Shown here: positions 22,201-32,677 of the stretch, piece after piece
Numbering within the stretch: position 1 is the stretch's first letter
Layout of the letters: each line of letters begins with the position of its first letter
Assembly (NCBI GenBank): GCA_014905635.1
Contig: JABVCE010000042.1
Location: 124,001-156,763, forward strand
DNA: 32,763 bases
Source of the DNA: Scenedesmus sp. PABB004
Taxonomy: Eukaryota
Direction: 5' to 3'
The notes under the pieces: generated by a model
What the model was told of the DNA's origin: nothing
Database searches by the model: none
Seen by the model: the letters and a program-made list of their open reading frames with translations, nothing else
Program-made: the position numbers and the translations under genes

Positions 22201-25200
22201 TGCAGCCGCTGGGCGCGCTGCCGGCGTTCGACCTCGGCGGCGGCGGCGTCGCTGCGCTGCAGCCCGCGGCCGGCGCGGCGGCGGCGGCGGCGGCGGTGGC
22301 GGCGGCGGGCGCCGCTGGCAGCGGCGGCACCAGCGGCAGCGGCGGCACCAGCGTCCCCGCCGTCTACCCGTCTGGTCGGCTCTTTGTGCGCAGCGGCTGG
22401 GTGCCTGACGGCGGCGTCGACAGCACGGCCACGCCGTTTGAGGAGAGCGGCGCCGCGTTTGCGGCGCGCGCCGCGCGGCACGCCTTTGGCGCGGCGGCCG
22501 GGTTTGCCGCCGCGGACGGCATGGTGCAGGTCAGCCTCGCAGCTGCCGCCGCCGCCGGGGGCGCCTCGCCGGCGGGGCCCAAGGCCCGCGGCCTTCCGGG
22601 CGGAGGCGGCCCCGCGCCCGGCTCGCCGGCGCGGCTCCAGCTGGGCGGCGGGCCAGACGTGGTGTACGGCAACCCACTGGCCCGCATCGGTCAGGACGTG
22701 GAGGTCGGGCCGCGCCTCATGCCGCCGCAGCCGCACGTCAAGCCGGAGCGCGCGCTGCAGCGCGCCGCCGCCGGCGGCGGCCGGGTGCGTGCTGCGCGCC
22801 GCGCTGCGTGCTGCGCCGCGCGTGCGTCGCGCGCGCGCTCACCGGGCCGCCGCCCCGCCCCGCAGGCGGGCGGCCGCGGCGCGGTGGGCAAGTGGCTGGT
22901 GCGGGAGCAGCTGGATGCCAACGACCCCCGCAACGCGGCGCTGCTGGAGCTGATGCGCACGCGCGAGGCGGCCGCGCACGGCGGCGCGGGCGGCGCCGGC
23001 GGGCCGGCCGACCTCTTCAGGCGCGCCGGGCGGCGCGCGCTTGCGGCGCGCGCGCTCGCGGCGCGCTGAGCGCCAGCCGCGCCCGCCGTGCGCGCCGCCG
23101 CGGCGCAGGCTGGAGCTGTCGGGCGAGCTGTCGCTGGCGGTCGACCGCGCGGCGGACCAGCGGCTCGCATTCATCCAGCAGCGCTGGGCGGCGGGCCCGC
23201 TGCGCGGCGGCGGCGGCGAGGGTGCGCGCTCGCGCGGCGCCCAGGGCGCGCCGCGCCTGGCGTGCGCCCCCGAGCCCCGCGCCTGCGCCCGCCGCGCGCA
23301 GGGTCGCGCGCGCTGGCCACGGTCGCGCCGCTGTCGGCCAAGGACACGCTGGAGCTGCGGGACGTGTACCGCGAGGCGCTGGCGCTCGTGGAGGCGGCCA
23401 GCCTCGGCCTCGGCGGCGCGGGCGGCGGCGGCGGCGCCCACTCGGCGCTCTCGGCCGCGGCGGCGCTCAACGGCCGCGCCGAGCGCGCGCAAAAGTGGGC
23501 GCAGGGCGCGCTGGCCAAGGCCATCGAGGCACGCGAGGCGGCGATGCGGTGCGTTGGCGGGACGGCGCGCCCGCGCCCGCGCCCGCGCCCGCAGGACCTG
23601 CCGGCGCGCGCGCGCCGCGCGCGCCCACGCCGCCGCGCGCGCGGCCGCCCTGCGCAGCGCCTTCGCGCTGCGCATCCGCGCGTCGTGCAGCCAGGCGGGC
23701 GCGGGGCGGGGGCCGGGGCGGCGGCTGAAGACCGACGACGTCATCAAGGTGACGCGCCTGGGGGGTTCAGGGCCCAGGCCAGGCTGCAGCGCGCCTCTCT
23801 TGCCTGGCACTGCCGGCCCCCCGGCGCTAGCGCGCGCGCGCCCGCGCCGACCGCTGCTGCCGCCCTAAACCCTCCTCGCAGGACGCGCCGCTGCCTGAAT
23901 TCAAGCTGGACCTGTCCAGCATTGCGGCGGCGCTCGCGCCCGCGCGCCCGCTGCGCCCGCAGCGCCGCGCGGTCAAGATGCTGCAGGCGCGCGCGCCCCT
24001 GGGGGGCTCGGCCGCGGCGCGCGGCGTGCGGCGCGCGGCGGCGGCCGCACCCGGCTGCCAGCCCCCGCCGCAGCCCAGACCGCCGCCGCCCCGGCCCCTG
24101 CGCGCGCGCAGGCCTGCGTGCCGCGCGACACCGCCCTCGTCATCACCCTGCAGCGCGCCACCAACCTGCCGCGCCGCCTGGGCGGCGGCGGCGGCGGCGT
24201 GCGGCAGACCAGCCCAATCGCGCGAGCGCCGGTGCGCCGCGCGCAGGGGCAGGCGCCGCGCGCCGCCGCGTGGCCGCGGCCTTGCACGCCGACGACCACC
24301 GCCCCCGCTGCGTGCCACCAGGCCCGCGCTACTCAGGCGGCGCCGCCCGCTTCGCCAGCCGCGGCCGCGACGGCGCGGCCTTCCGCTCCCCCGGGCGCGC
24401 CGCGCGCGACGGCGGCGAGCCGCCGGCCTGGCCGCCCGAGGACGGCGACGGCGGCGCGGGCGCGCCTGACAGCGCGGGCGCGCCGCTGAGCTGCTTCGTG
24501 GAGGTCACGTTCCGGGGCGCCGCGGCGCGCACGGCGGCGGTGGACTCGGACATGCCGCTCTGGAATGAGCAGGCGCGCGCACAGCGCGCACAGCACGCGC
24601 GGCGCGCGGTGCCTCGGCTGCGCCCGCGCGGGCCCGCGCAGGCCTGCTGAGCGCGCCGCGCGCCGCGCGCGCCGCAGGTGTCGTTCCCCGTCGTCGCCGC
24701 GGACGAGGAGGCCTCGCCGTCGGCGCTGCGCGAGGGCGGGGGCGTGGTCACGGTCAACGTCTTTGACGAGGTCGTCACGCCCGCGGCCGCGGCGAGCGCG
24801 GCGCGCGCAGCCGCGCGCGCGGGCCGCCCCGGCGGTGAGTGCGATGCGGCGGGAGGGGGGGGGCGTCGGCGGTAGTCGGCCGCGCCCGGCTGCAGCGCGC
24901 ATGCACGAGCCTGCCGCGCCTGCCGCGCCGCAGGCCTGGAGGCGCTGACCGAGGGCCCCGCGCTGCCGGAGCGCGAGCGCCGCTTCCTGGGCTGCCTGCG
25001 GCTGCCGCTGGCCGCGCTGTACCAGGCGGGCGTGGTGGCGGGCTCGTTCCAGGCGCGCGCGCACACACGGCGCCGCCGAGCTGCGTACCGCGCCGCCGCA
25101 TGCCGGCTCGGCCACACGCGCCCGCCCCACGCGCGCGCGCGCAGCTGGACGTGCCGCCGGTGCTGCTGGGCTATGCGACCGAGACCGGCCGCCCGCCGAG

Positions 25201-27565
25201 CCTGGCGCTGTACGCCACGCTGCAGCCGCGCCTCGCGCCGCCCGCGCCGCGCGACGAGGAGCGCGTCGCGGGGGAGCAGGCGGACGTCGCGCGCCACACG
25301 CGCGCAGGTGTGCCACCGCGCGCCGCGCCAGCCGGCCGCGCCCCGCGCTCGCTGGCGCGCGCTGGCGCACCGGCGCACCGCCGACCGTGCCCGCTCCGCC
25401 CCCTCACCTCCCTGTCCCCCGCGAAGGTGGGTGGCCGGCATCGCCGCGCTGCCGCAGTGCCGCGGCCGCGCGGTCAAGGCGCTGGCGGTGGACCCCGACG
25501 GCGTGGCCACGCTCCTCCCGCGCTTCCTCGGCCCCACGCCGCTGCCGCCACGGCTGGAGGCGCAGGCCGCGCAGGCGCGGCACGCGGCGGGGCGCCTAAG
25601 CACGCGGGGGCGCGCGCGGGGTCTGGCGTCGCGGCGTTGACGCCCGCCCGCCCGCGCGCGCTGCCCGCGCGGCCGCAGCTGCGCGCCGGCCCCGGCGGCC
25701 TCGGCGCCGGCGCCGCGCTGGGCCCGGTCATGCTCGCCGCGGCGCGGTGGGTGGCGGCGGTCCCGTTCCTGGACGACGCGGCCCTGGGGGGCAAGCGCCG
25801 CCGCGACGTGTGGGCGGGGCATGCCGACTTCCTGGCCCTGCCCGGCGGCGACCACGAGGAGCACGCGCACCTGCTGGCGGGCTTCTTCATGGCCCTCGGA
25901 CAGGAGGTGCGCGGCGCTGAGGGCGGTGAGGGCGGTGAGGGCGGTGAGGGAGGTACAGGGTTCAGGGCGGCGGCCGTCCGCGCGCCGGCGGCGCCCCCAC
26001 CGCGCCCGCACCACAGGCGCTCGTCGTGCTCGGCGCGGCGACGACGGGCGCGCAGGCGGCGTTTGTGCTGACCACGGGGCGCCGCCTGGACGCGGCGAGC
26101 GCGGCGGGGCCCGGCGCGGCGCCGGCGGCGCCGCGCGCGGCGGCCGGCGACGCCGGCGGCGCCGCCGCGGACGGCGACGCTGCCGCCGCCTCGGCCGCCG
26201 CGCCGGCCGCCGCCGCAGACGGCGGCGAGCAGCCGGCGCTGCGTGAGCGCCTGGCGTCGGCCGCCGCGGCGGCGCACGCGCGCCAGGCGGCAGCCGCGTC
26301 GGCCGCGGCAGCGGCAGCGGCGCGCGCGGCGGCCGGCCCACCGGCCGCGACCGGGGCAGCCGCGGCGCCGTTTGACGTCGGCAAGCTGCGGCTGTGGAAC
26401 CCGCTCAGCGGGCACTGCCTGCCCGTGCGCGACCCCGCCTGCGAGCTGCGCGAGGTGGGTGCCCGGCCGGCGCCGCGCGCGCAGGCCGCCCGCGCTCACC
26501 CCCGCCCGTGCTCACGCCGCCGCGTGCCCAGGTGGGCGTCGTGTACAGCCCGGCGAACATCTGGGCCAACGTGCAGCCGAGCGGGCACCCCTGGGACATG
26601 TGCTGGGACCTCGGCGACGGCGGCGCGTGGCGGCCGTTCTTCGGCGCGGTTCTGCCGCCGCGCGAGCTCGCCTGCATCCAGGTGCGCCCCCCGGGGGCCC
26701 GCCGCCGGCGCCGCCGTCGCGGCGCAGCACGCAGCCGCCGCCGCGCTGGCAGCTCATGCCGTCCCGCGGCTGGCCCGTGCCCGGCGCAGGCGCCGCCGCG
26801 CTACGCCGAGCTCGAGCCGCGCGTGTACGAGGAGCTGGAGGCGCGCGTGGAGGAGGCGGTGCGCGACGCGCTCTACGGTGAGCGCCCGCCCCGCGCAGCG
26901 CGCAGCGCGCAGCGCGCAGCGCGCAGCCGCGCGTGCACCGCGCCGGCGACGCCGCCGAGCCCCGCGCCGCGCCCCCGCGCCCCGCGACCGGCCCCGCAGA
27001 GGCGCGCAGCGTGGTGGTCACGCAGCCCAGCAACAAGCTCTCGCGCGTGCTCAAGGCCCTGCTGCGCGAGCTGCCGCGCCAGGTCGCGGCCATCAACGCC
27101 GCCAGCCTGGCCGCGGGCGACGCGATGAGCGACAGCGGCCTGCCCGCCGCCGCGGCGGGGCCGGGCGCCGCCGACGCGGCGCGGCGCGCGCTCGCGGAGC
27201 GGCTGCGGCTGGTGCAGGAGCTGCAGGTGTGCGGCGGGCGCCGGTGGGGGCGCGCGCGGCCGCAGCTGAGCCCTGCCGCGCGGCAGGGTTCAGCCTCAAC
27301 CCTGCCGCGCGCGTCGCCGCAGGCGTCCCACAACGAGCGCGTGGCGCGGGAGATGCGCGGCTGCCTCATCAACGGCCACGTGCTGGCCCTGCCCTTCAGC
27401 GACGGCTACGCTGCCGCGGTCGGCGCCGCGGTGCTCAACACGGGGCTCCACCGCACCGTCGACCCGCGCGTCAAGTTTGCGATGGCCGCCCACGTCGAGA
27501 CGCTCGGCGCCGCGCTTGTGGTGGGGCTGTGGGTCTACGTCGCGGCGATACGGGAGACGTCGTGA
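19244..27565 (+). CDS. CC2D2A: Coiled-coil and C2 domain protein 2A (MKS6), ciliary transition-zone protein; three frame breaks in this sequence
   Basis: About 26 exons. Motifs EEALGLYVPPHP..LEQRL, N-terminal C2 (YYARLLVNGRVV..WPGSMALQLWE), LDANDPRN, RPLRPQRR, C-terminal C2 (CFVEVTFRG..PLWNEQ..VNVFDE..RFLGCLRLP..PPVLLGY), CEP76-like region (ARWVAAVPF..GDHEEHAHLLAGFF..WNPLSG..NIWANVQ..WRPFF), terminal LWVYVAA. Confidence 0.92.
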
Positions 27566-28589
27566 GGAGCGCACGGGGGGGGGGGGGGGGCTGTGCGGGG
27601 CGCGCGCGGCCGAGGGCGTGCCCTGGTGACGCGCCGCGCCGCGCCGTCGTCGTCGGTCGGTCACACGCGCGCACCGGCGCCCACGCCACTCGCGCCGCCG
27701 CTCCTCCGCCAACTCCGCTCTGCGCTTCCTCGCCTGCCCCTTGTCATGCTCGCCCTCCTCCTTGTCTCGTCCAGCGGCTGCCGCCTGCCGGTGGGAGCCG
27801 CTCGGCACGCTCCCCGTGCGTCAGCGCCGGCGCCGCGCAGGCAGCAGCCCAGTCGCCCGTCCCTCCCTCCTCGGCACGCCCCGCCCCGCCGTCGTCGCGG
27901 TGGTTCGATCGTCGGTTTGTGGCGCGGCGCGGCGCCGCCGCGCACGCGACCGCCGTGTCCTCCCTGCCCAGCTGAGACCCTCCGGCTCGCCCCCTGCTGC
28001 AGAGACACGCACAAATACACCACGCCCGCCGCCCGCCAACACGCACCTCCGCTGGCCAAAATGCCCGCCGGCGGGCGGGCGGGGCGCGGCACGCCGCCGC
28101 CCCCGCTCCGCCGCCGGCCGGGCGAGCCTCTGCACGCAGCTCAGCACGCGCGCCGCCGGGGCGCGCCGCCGACAATCGGCGGCGCACCGCCGCCGGCACG
28201 CCAACAACAACCAGCGGCACCGCGCGCCCGCCTGGGGCGGGCGCACGAGCCGCAACACAGCCGAGAGAAAGCGAGAGAGAGGGGGGCGCACGGACGCAGC
28301 CGCGCCGCGCGACAGCCCGGTGCTCCGCGCCCCGCCGCCGCCATCGCTGGGGAGCGCCGCGGCGCGCCAGGGCAGCGGCGGCGGCAGCGGCGGCGGGCGG
28401 CGCAGGGCTGGCCCCCGCAGCATCCCCCCGCAGCACCCCACGCACGCCGCCGCCGCGCCGCGGCCCGCCGCTGTCGGCAGCGAGGCCGCCGCGCGTCGCC
28501 GGCGCCCAGCAGATCCCCCGTAGCCCCGCGTCCCGCGCCGCCGCCCCTGAGCGGGCGCGCTGGCTCCGCCCCTGCCGCTGCCGCCGCGC

Positions 28590-31500
28590 TCAGCGCCGGC
28601 CAAACACGCCCAGCAGCTCCTTCACCTTGCCGCCCACAGCGCCCTCGGCGCGCGGCTTGGCGCGGCCCGCGCCGTTGGCGCCGCCGGCCGGCGGCGCCGG
28701 GCTCGCCGCGCCGCCGGCGGGCGGGCTGGGCGTGCGCACGCGCACCGCGCCGCTGCCGCGCGGCGTGCCGCCGCCCGGGCTGCCCGCGCCGAGGCGCTTG
28801 GCCACGCCCCGCACGGTGCGCGCGATGTCGCCCGTGAGCTTGGCCTGCCGCGCCGCGACCTTGCGCTGCAGGTCGCTCTGCGGCGTGACACCCGGCAGCG
28901 CGGCGGCGGCGCGGCGGGCGCGTCGGCGGCGGGCGGCTCCGCCGCGCCGCGCGCGGCAGCCCGGCGCGCCGCGAGCCCTCAGCCGGCGGGGGGCCCTCCC
29001 CGCGCTGGCCGCGCCCGGGCGCCCCTGCGCGCCCGCAGCGCCCCCGCGCCCCGCGCTGCTGCGCCCCGCGCGCCGCCCCCGCGCCGCACCTGCCGCTCCA
29101 TGAACCAGGCCACCGTGCTGCGCTGCCCGCCCTTGCCCGCGCGGAACGGCGGCGCCGCGGGGCGGTCCCACCCAAACTCCTCGGCCAGCCACGCCTCGGT
29201 GAGGCCCTGCTGGTCGCTGTGGATCATCGCGTCCTCGAGCATGCCTGCCGGGGCCGGGGTGGCGATTCAGGCAGGGCGGCAGGGCTCAGGCATTTTCAAG
29301 AGGGTTTAGGGGGAGGGGGCGCGAGGGTGGAGGGCGGACGGGGCGAGGCGGGCGCGCCCCTGCCGCGCGCGGCGCGCAGCGGCGCCGCCCTTGCCGCCCC
29401 GCGCACCCGCGGGGATGGCCTCCGAGACCTTGCGCCCCACGGTGCCGACGGTCGCGTTAAGCGCGCGCGCCGCGCTCGCGGCCGCCGCGGGCGCGGCGAC
29501 GAGCACGCTGCCCGTGCCCGCCGCGCTGCCGGGCGCGCTGCCCGCGCTCGCGGCCGCCGCGCTCGCGAGGAAGGGGTGGCACAGCGCCTGGCTGGCGGTG
29601 GGGCGGTCGTCGGGGTTGTACGACACCAGCTGCGGGGGTGGGCGTGCGCGGGCGTGGGTGGGCCGGTGTGTGTGGGTGGGTGTGTGGGTGTGGGTGGGAG
29701 GTGGCCGGGCTGTGAGCGAGGAGGATGCAGCACCGCGTTGCGAGCGCGCCGCGGCCGCCGCGGGCCCCCGCAGCGGGCGCGCGCCGCGCCGCGCCGCGCC
29801 GCGCCTGGCAGAGCAGGTCCCAGCCCGCGCCGCCGTCTGCGTCGAGGAGCTCAAACCCCTCCTCCAGGTCGCGGGGCAGGCCGCGCGGGTACTTGCCAGA
29901 CACCTCGCGCTTCCACGCCTGGCGGTGGATGGATGGAGTGTGGCGGCGGCGCAGCACGGCCACGGCGGCCGGGCGGGCGGGCGGGGCGCGGCGCGGGTGA
30001 GCGTGTGGGCGCGCGCGCACAGGGCGCGCGCAGGGCGCCGCCGCCGGTCGCCTGCCCCACGCGCCCGCCCGCCCGTGTGCGCGTCAGGCGTGGCAGCGCG
30101 ACACTCGTTCTGCACGCCCTGACGCGCACACGGGCGCGCGCGCGCGCAGGGCGCGCCGCCGCCGGCTGCCCGTCCGCCCAGCCCGCCCCGCCTTGCCCGC
30201 CCGTGTGCGCGTCAGGCGTGGCAGCGCGACACTCGTTCTGCACGCCCTGACGCGCACACGGGCGCGCGCGCGCGCAGGGCGCGCCGCCGCCGGCTGCCCG
30301 TCCGCCCAGCCCGCCCCGCCTTGCCCGCCCGTGTGCGCGTCAGGCGTGGCAGCGCGACACTCGTTCTGCGCGCGCGCGACGCGCACACGGGCGCGCGCGC
30401 GCGCAGGGCGCGCCGCCGCCGGCTGCCCGTCCGCCCAGCCCGCCCCGCCTTGCCCGCCCGTGTGCGCGTCAGGCATGGCAGCGCGACACTCGTTCTGCGC
30501 GCGACGCGCACACGGGCGCGCGCCGCGCGCAGGGCGCGCCGCCGCCGGCTGCCCGTCCGCCCCCGCCCGCCCGTGTGCGCGTCAGGCGTGGGAGCGTGAG
30601 GCGAGTGAGCCTCGACCCATTCTTCAACGCCTGACGCGCACACGAGCGCGCAGGCGGGCGGGCGCCTGCCCGCGCCCAGCCCCCCCCCCCCCCCCCGGGT
30701 CCCACCCACGCCCCAGCGCCCCGCGCACCCGCAGGTCCCAGCCGAGCTCCTGCAGGCGGCGATTGAACGCCACGAGCGCGTTGTCGCTGCGCAGGTTGGG
30801 GAAGGCCAGCTGCAGGCCCACCAGGCCGACCGCGTACATATCAAACTTGTCCGGGTGCTCCATCGCCCACAGCACGGGGCTCAGCAGCGCCGCGACGGGC
30901 GCGGGCGGCGGCTGCGCGGTCTGGCGCGACATCACGTACTGCTGCGGCGGCGCGTAGCTGCGGCGGGCGGGGCGTGGCGGGGGGCGGGCGCGCGGGTTGG
31001 GCAGCCGGGGCGGCGGTGCGGGGCGGGCGAGCGGGCGAGCACGCAGGGGCGCGCTCCTCCTGCCGCGCCCAGCCCGCAGCGCCGCCGCCGACGCGCTCCT
31101 CAGCCCCTCAGCCCTCGAGCCCATGATGCTAAACCCCGCCTCGACCCCAACACCCAAAACCCTGAGCCCTCGAGCCCTTTAAACCCCATTATACACAAAC
31201 AAGCCCGTAACCCCCCTCACCGCGGGTCGAGCAGGTACTCGTTGGGCACGTAGTTGATGCCCAGCCGCAGGTCGGCCGCGGCGCCCCAGTCGATGAGCTT
31301 CAGGCGGCGGTCGGACGCGGAGAGGATGGCGTTCTGGGGCTTGATGTCGCGGTGCACTGCGGGGGGGGGGGGTGTGAGGGTGGGGGGGCAGGGTGTGAGG
31401 GGGGGGGGGGGAGAGCGGGACGAGAGAGGGAGAGAGGGGAGAGGGAGGGGCGAGAGTGAGGGAGGGGATGGGCAGCGGCCCGCGCGCGCGCCCCTGCAGC

Positions 31501-32677
31501 TGAGGGCGCTGTGCGAACCACGTCCTCAACTGTGGAGCGCGTGCGCAGGCCCCTCCCCCCTCTCCCTCCTCCCGCCGCGGCGCTGCCCGTGTCGCACGTG
31601 CCCGCCCCCGCGCCGCACGCGTTCGGAGGAGGCGCCGCCGCGCACACGGCCTGCAGTCAAGCGTGCTGCAGATGCGCTGCACCTTCGACTGCTGATGCAC
31701 CTGCACCTCAGCATGCTTGACCGCAGACCGCGCGCGGGCGCTCCCGCCAAAACAACGCAGCGCGCTGAGGAGCGCGGCCGCCAAAACACCGCAGCGCCCG
31801 CCCGGTCAAGGCCAGTCAAGCCGGTGGGCTGGGCCCGCGCGCACGGTCTGCAGTCGAGCACGCTGGCGCATCTTCGTCTCCGAGTGCAGACCGTGCGCGC
31901 GGGCGCCGCGCCCCACTAAAACAGCACAACGCGCGGACCAACCCGCAACGCCCAACCAAACGCCCCCGCCCCCGCCGCCCCCGCCGCCGCCGCACCGATG
32001 CCGGTCGCAGTGCGCGGCCTCGCGCCCCTCCAGCAGCTGCGCGAGCACGAGCCGCACCGCTCACGCCGCGCCGCGCGGCGTCGCGGGGCAGGCGCAGCTC
32101 GCGGCCGAGCAGCAGGGGCTCCAGGTTGTATGGGAAGTCGCGCTTGGCCATGAGGTCATAAAGCGTGAGGTCGCCCTCGTCGCGCCACACCAGCCACACG
32201 CACCCCGCGTCCAGCCCCGCCGCCGCGCCTGGGGCGGCGGTGCGGGCGGGCAGGTGGTGGTGTGGGCGGGTGGGCGGGTGGGCGGCGCGGGCGGGTGGGC
32301 GGTGGGTGCGTGTGTGTGTGTGGGTGGGGGGGGGGGGGCAGCGCGCCGCGGCGGCGCTGCCGGCTGCGCTGCGCCGTGCGCGCCGGCCCGCCTGCGCTGC
32401 GGTCGCGTCGCCGCTGCGGCGCGCCGTGCGGGGGGGCCGCCCCGCGGGGCCGACGCTGCCGGGGCGCGGGCGTGTCGAGGAAGGCGCCGAGGAAGCGCGC
32501 GGCGACGTGGGGCGCGGTGCGCATGAGACGCTCGTTCATCCACACCTGGCGCAGGGGGTGGTGGTGGTGGGGGGGGGGTTGTGTGAGCATGTGCGTGAGC
32601 GTGTGTGTGAGTGTGCGTGTGTGTGCGTGCGCGCGTGCACGGCTGGGCACGCACCTCGGCCTCGCCAAACTCCTTGG
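28590..32677 (-). CDS. STT7: Chloroplast state-transition Ser/Thr kinase STT7/STN7, 5' part beyond window end; frame break in one exon
   Basis: Exons 32677-32655, 32545-32392, 32228-31996, 31356-31221, 30957-30729, 29918-29805, 29629-29407, 29244-29090, 28877-28590. Motifs [87 protein letters not shown]-terminal [16 protein letters not shown]. Confidence 0.92.
30070..30648. repeat. Intronic tandem array of ~128-bp units, each containing a long inverted repeat
   Basis: Left arm CGCCCGTGTGCGCGTCAGG starts at 30070, 30198, 30326, 30455, 30568. Right arm CCTGACGCGCACACGGGCG is perfect in units 1-2 (e.g. 30118-30136), partly eroded in 3-4 and has one mismatch in 5. Lies in STT7 intron 29919-30728. 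Confidence 0.95.
31641..31904 (-). ncRNA. Two related intronic stem-loops (candidate miRNA-type precursors or hairpin elements)
   Basis: Hairpin A: arms 31641-31668 / 31709-31736. Hairpin B: perfect 20-bp arms 31833-31852 / 31885-31904. Both are in STT7 intron 31357-31995. The inverted repeats are directly visible; RNA function is inferred. Confidence 0.4.
32561..32637. repeat. Intronic (GT)n/(GGT)n/poly-G low-complexity tract
   Basis: Imperfect gtgtgt runs; similar tracts at ~8549-8598, ~29655-29700 and ~32300-32338, all intronic. Confidence 0.7.

Noticed and set aside
27566..28589. ORFs of 230-410 aa between CC2D2A and STT7
   Set aside because: Low-complexity GC translations in convergent 3' UTR or intergenic DNA.
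30070..30648. CRISPR array interpretation of the palindromic repeat array
   Set aside because: Eukaryotic intron, no cas genes, ~128-bp period, and four of five inner sequences are near-identical rather than unique spacers.
31641..31935. H/ACA or C/D snoRNA interpretation of the twin hairpins
   Set aside because: The ANANNA/ACA-like motifs are antisense to the host transcript, the stems lack obvious pseudouridylation pockets, and I saw no C/D box pair on the sense strand.
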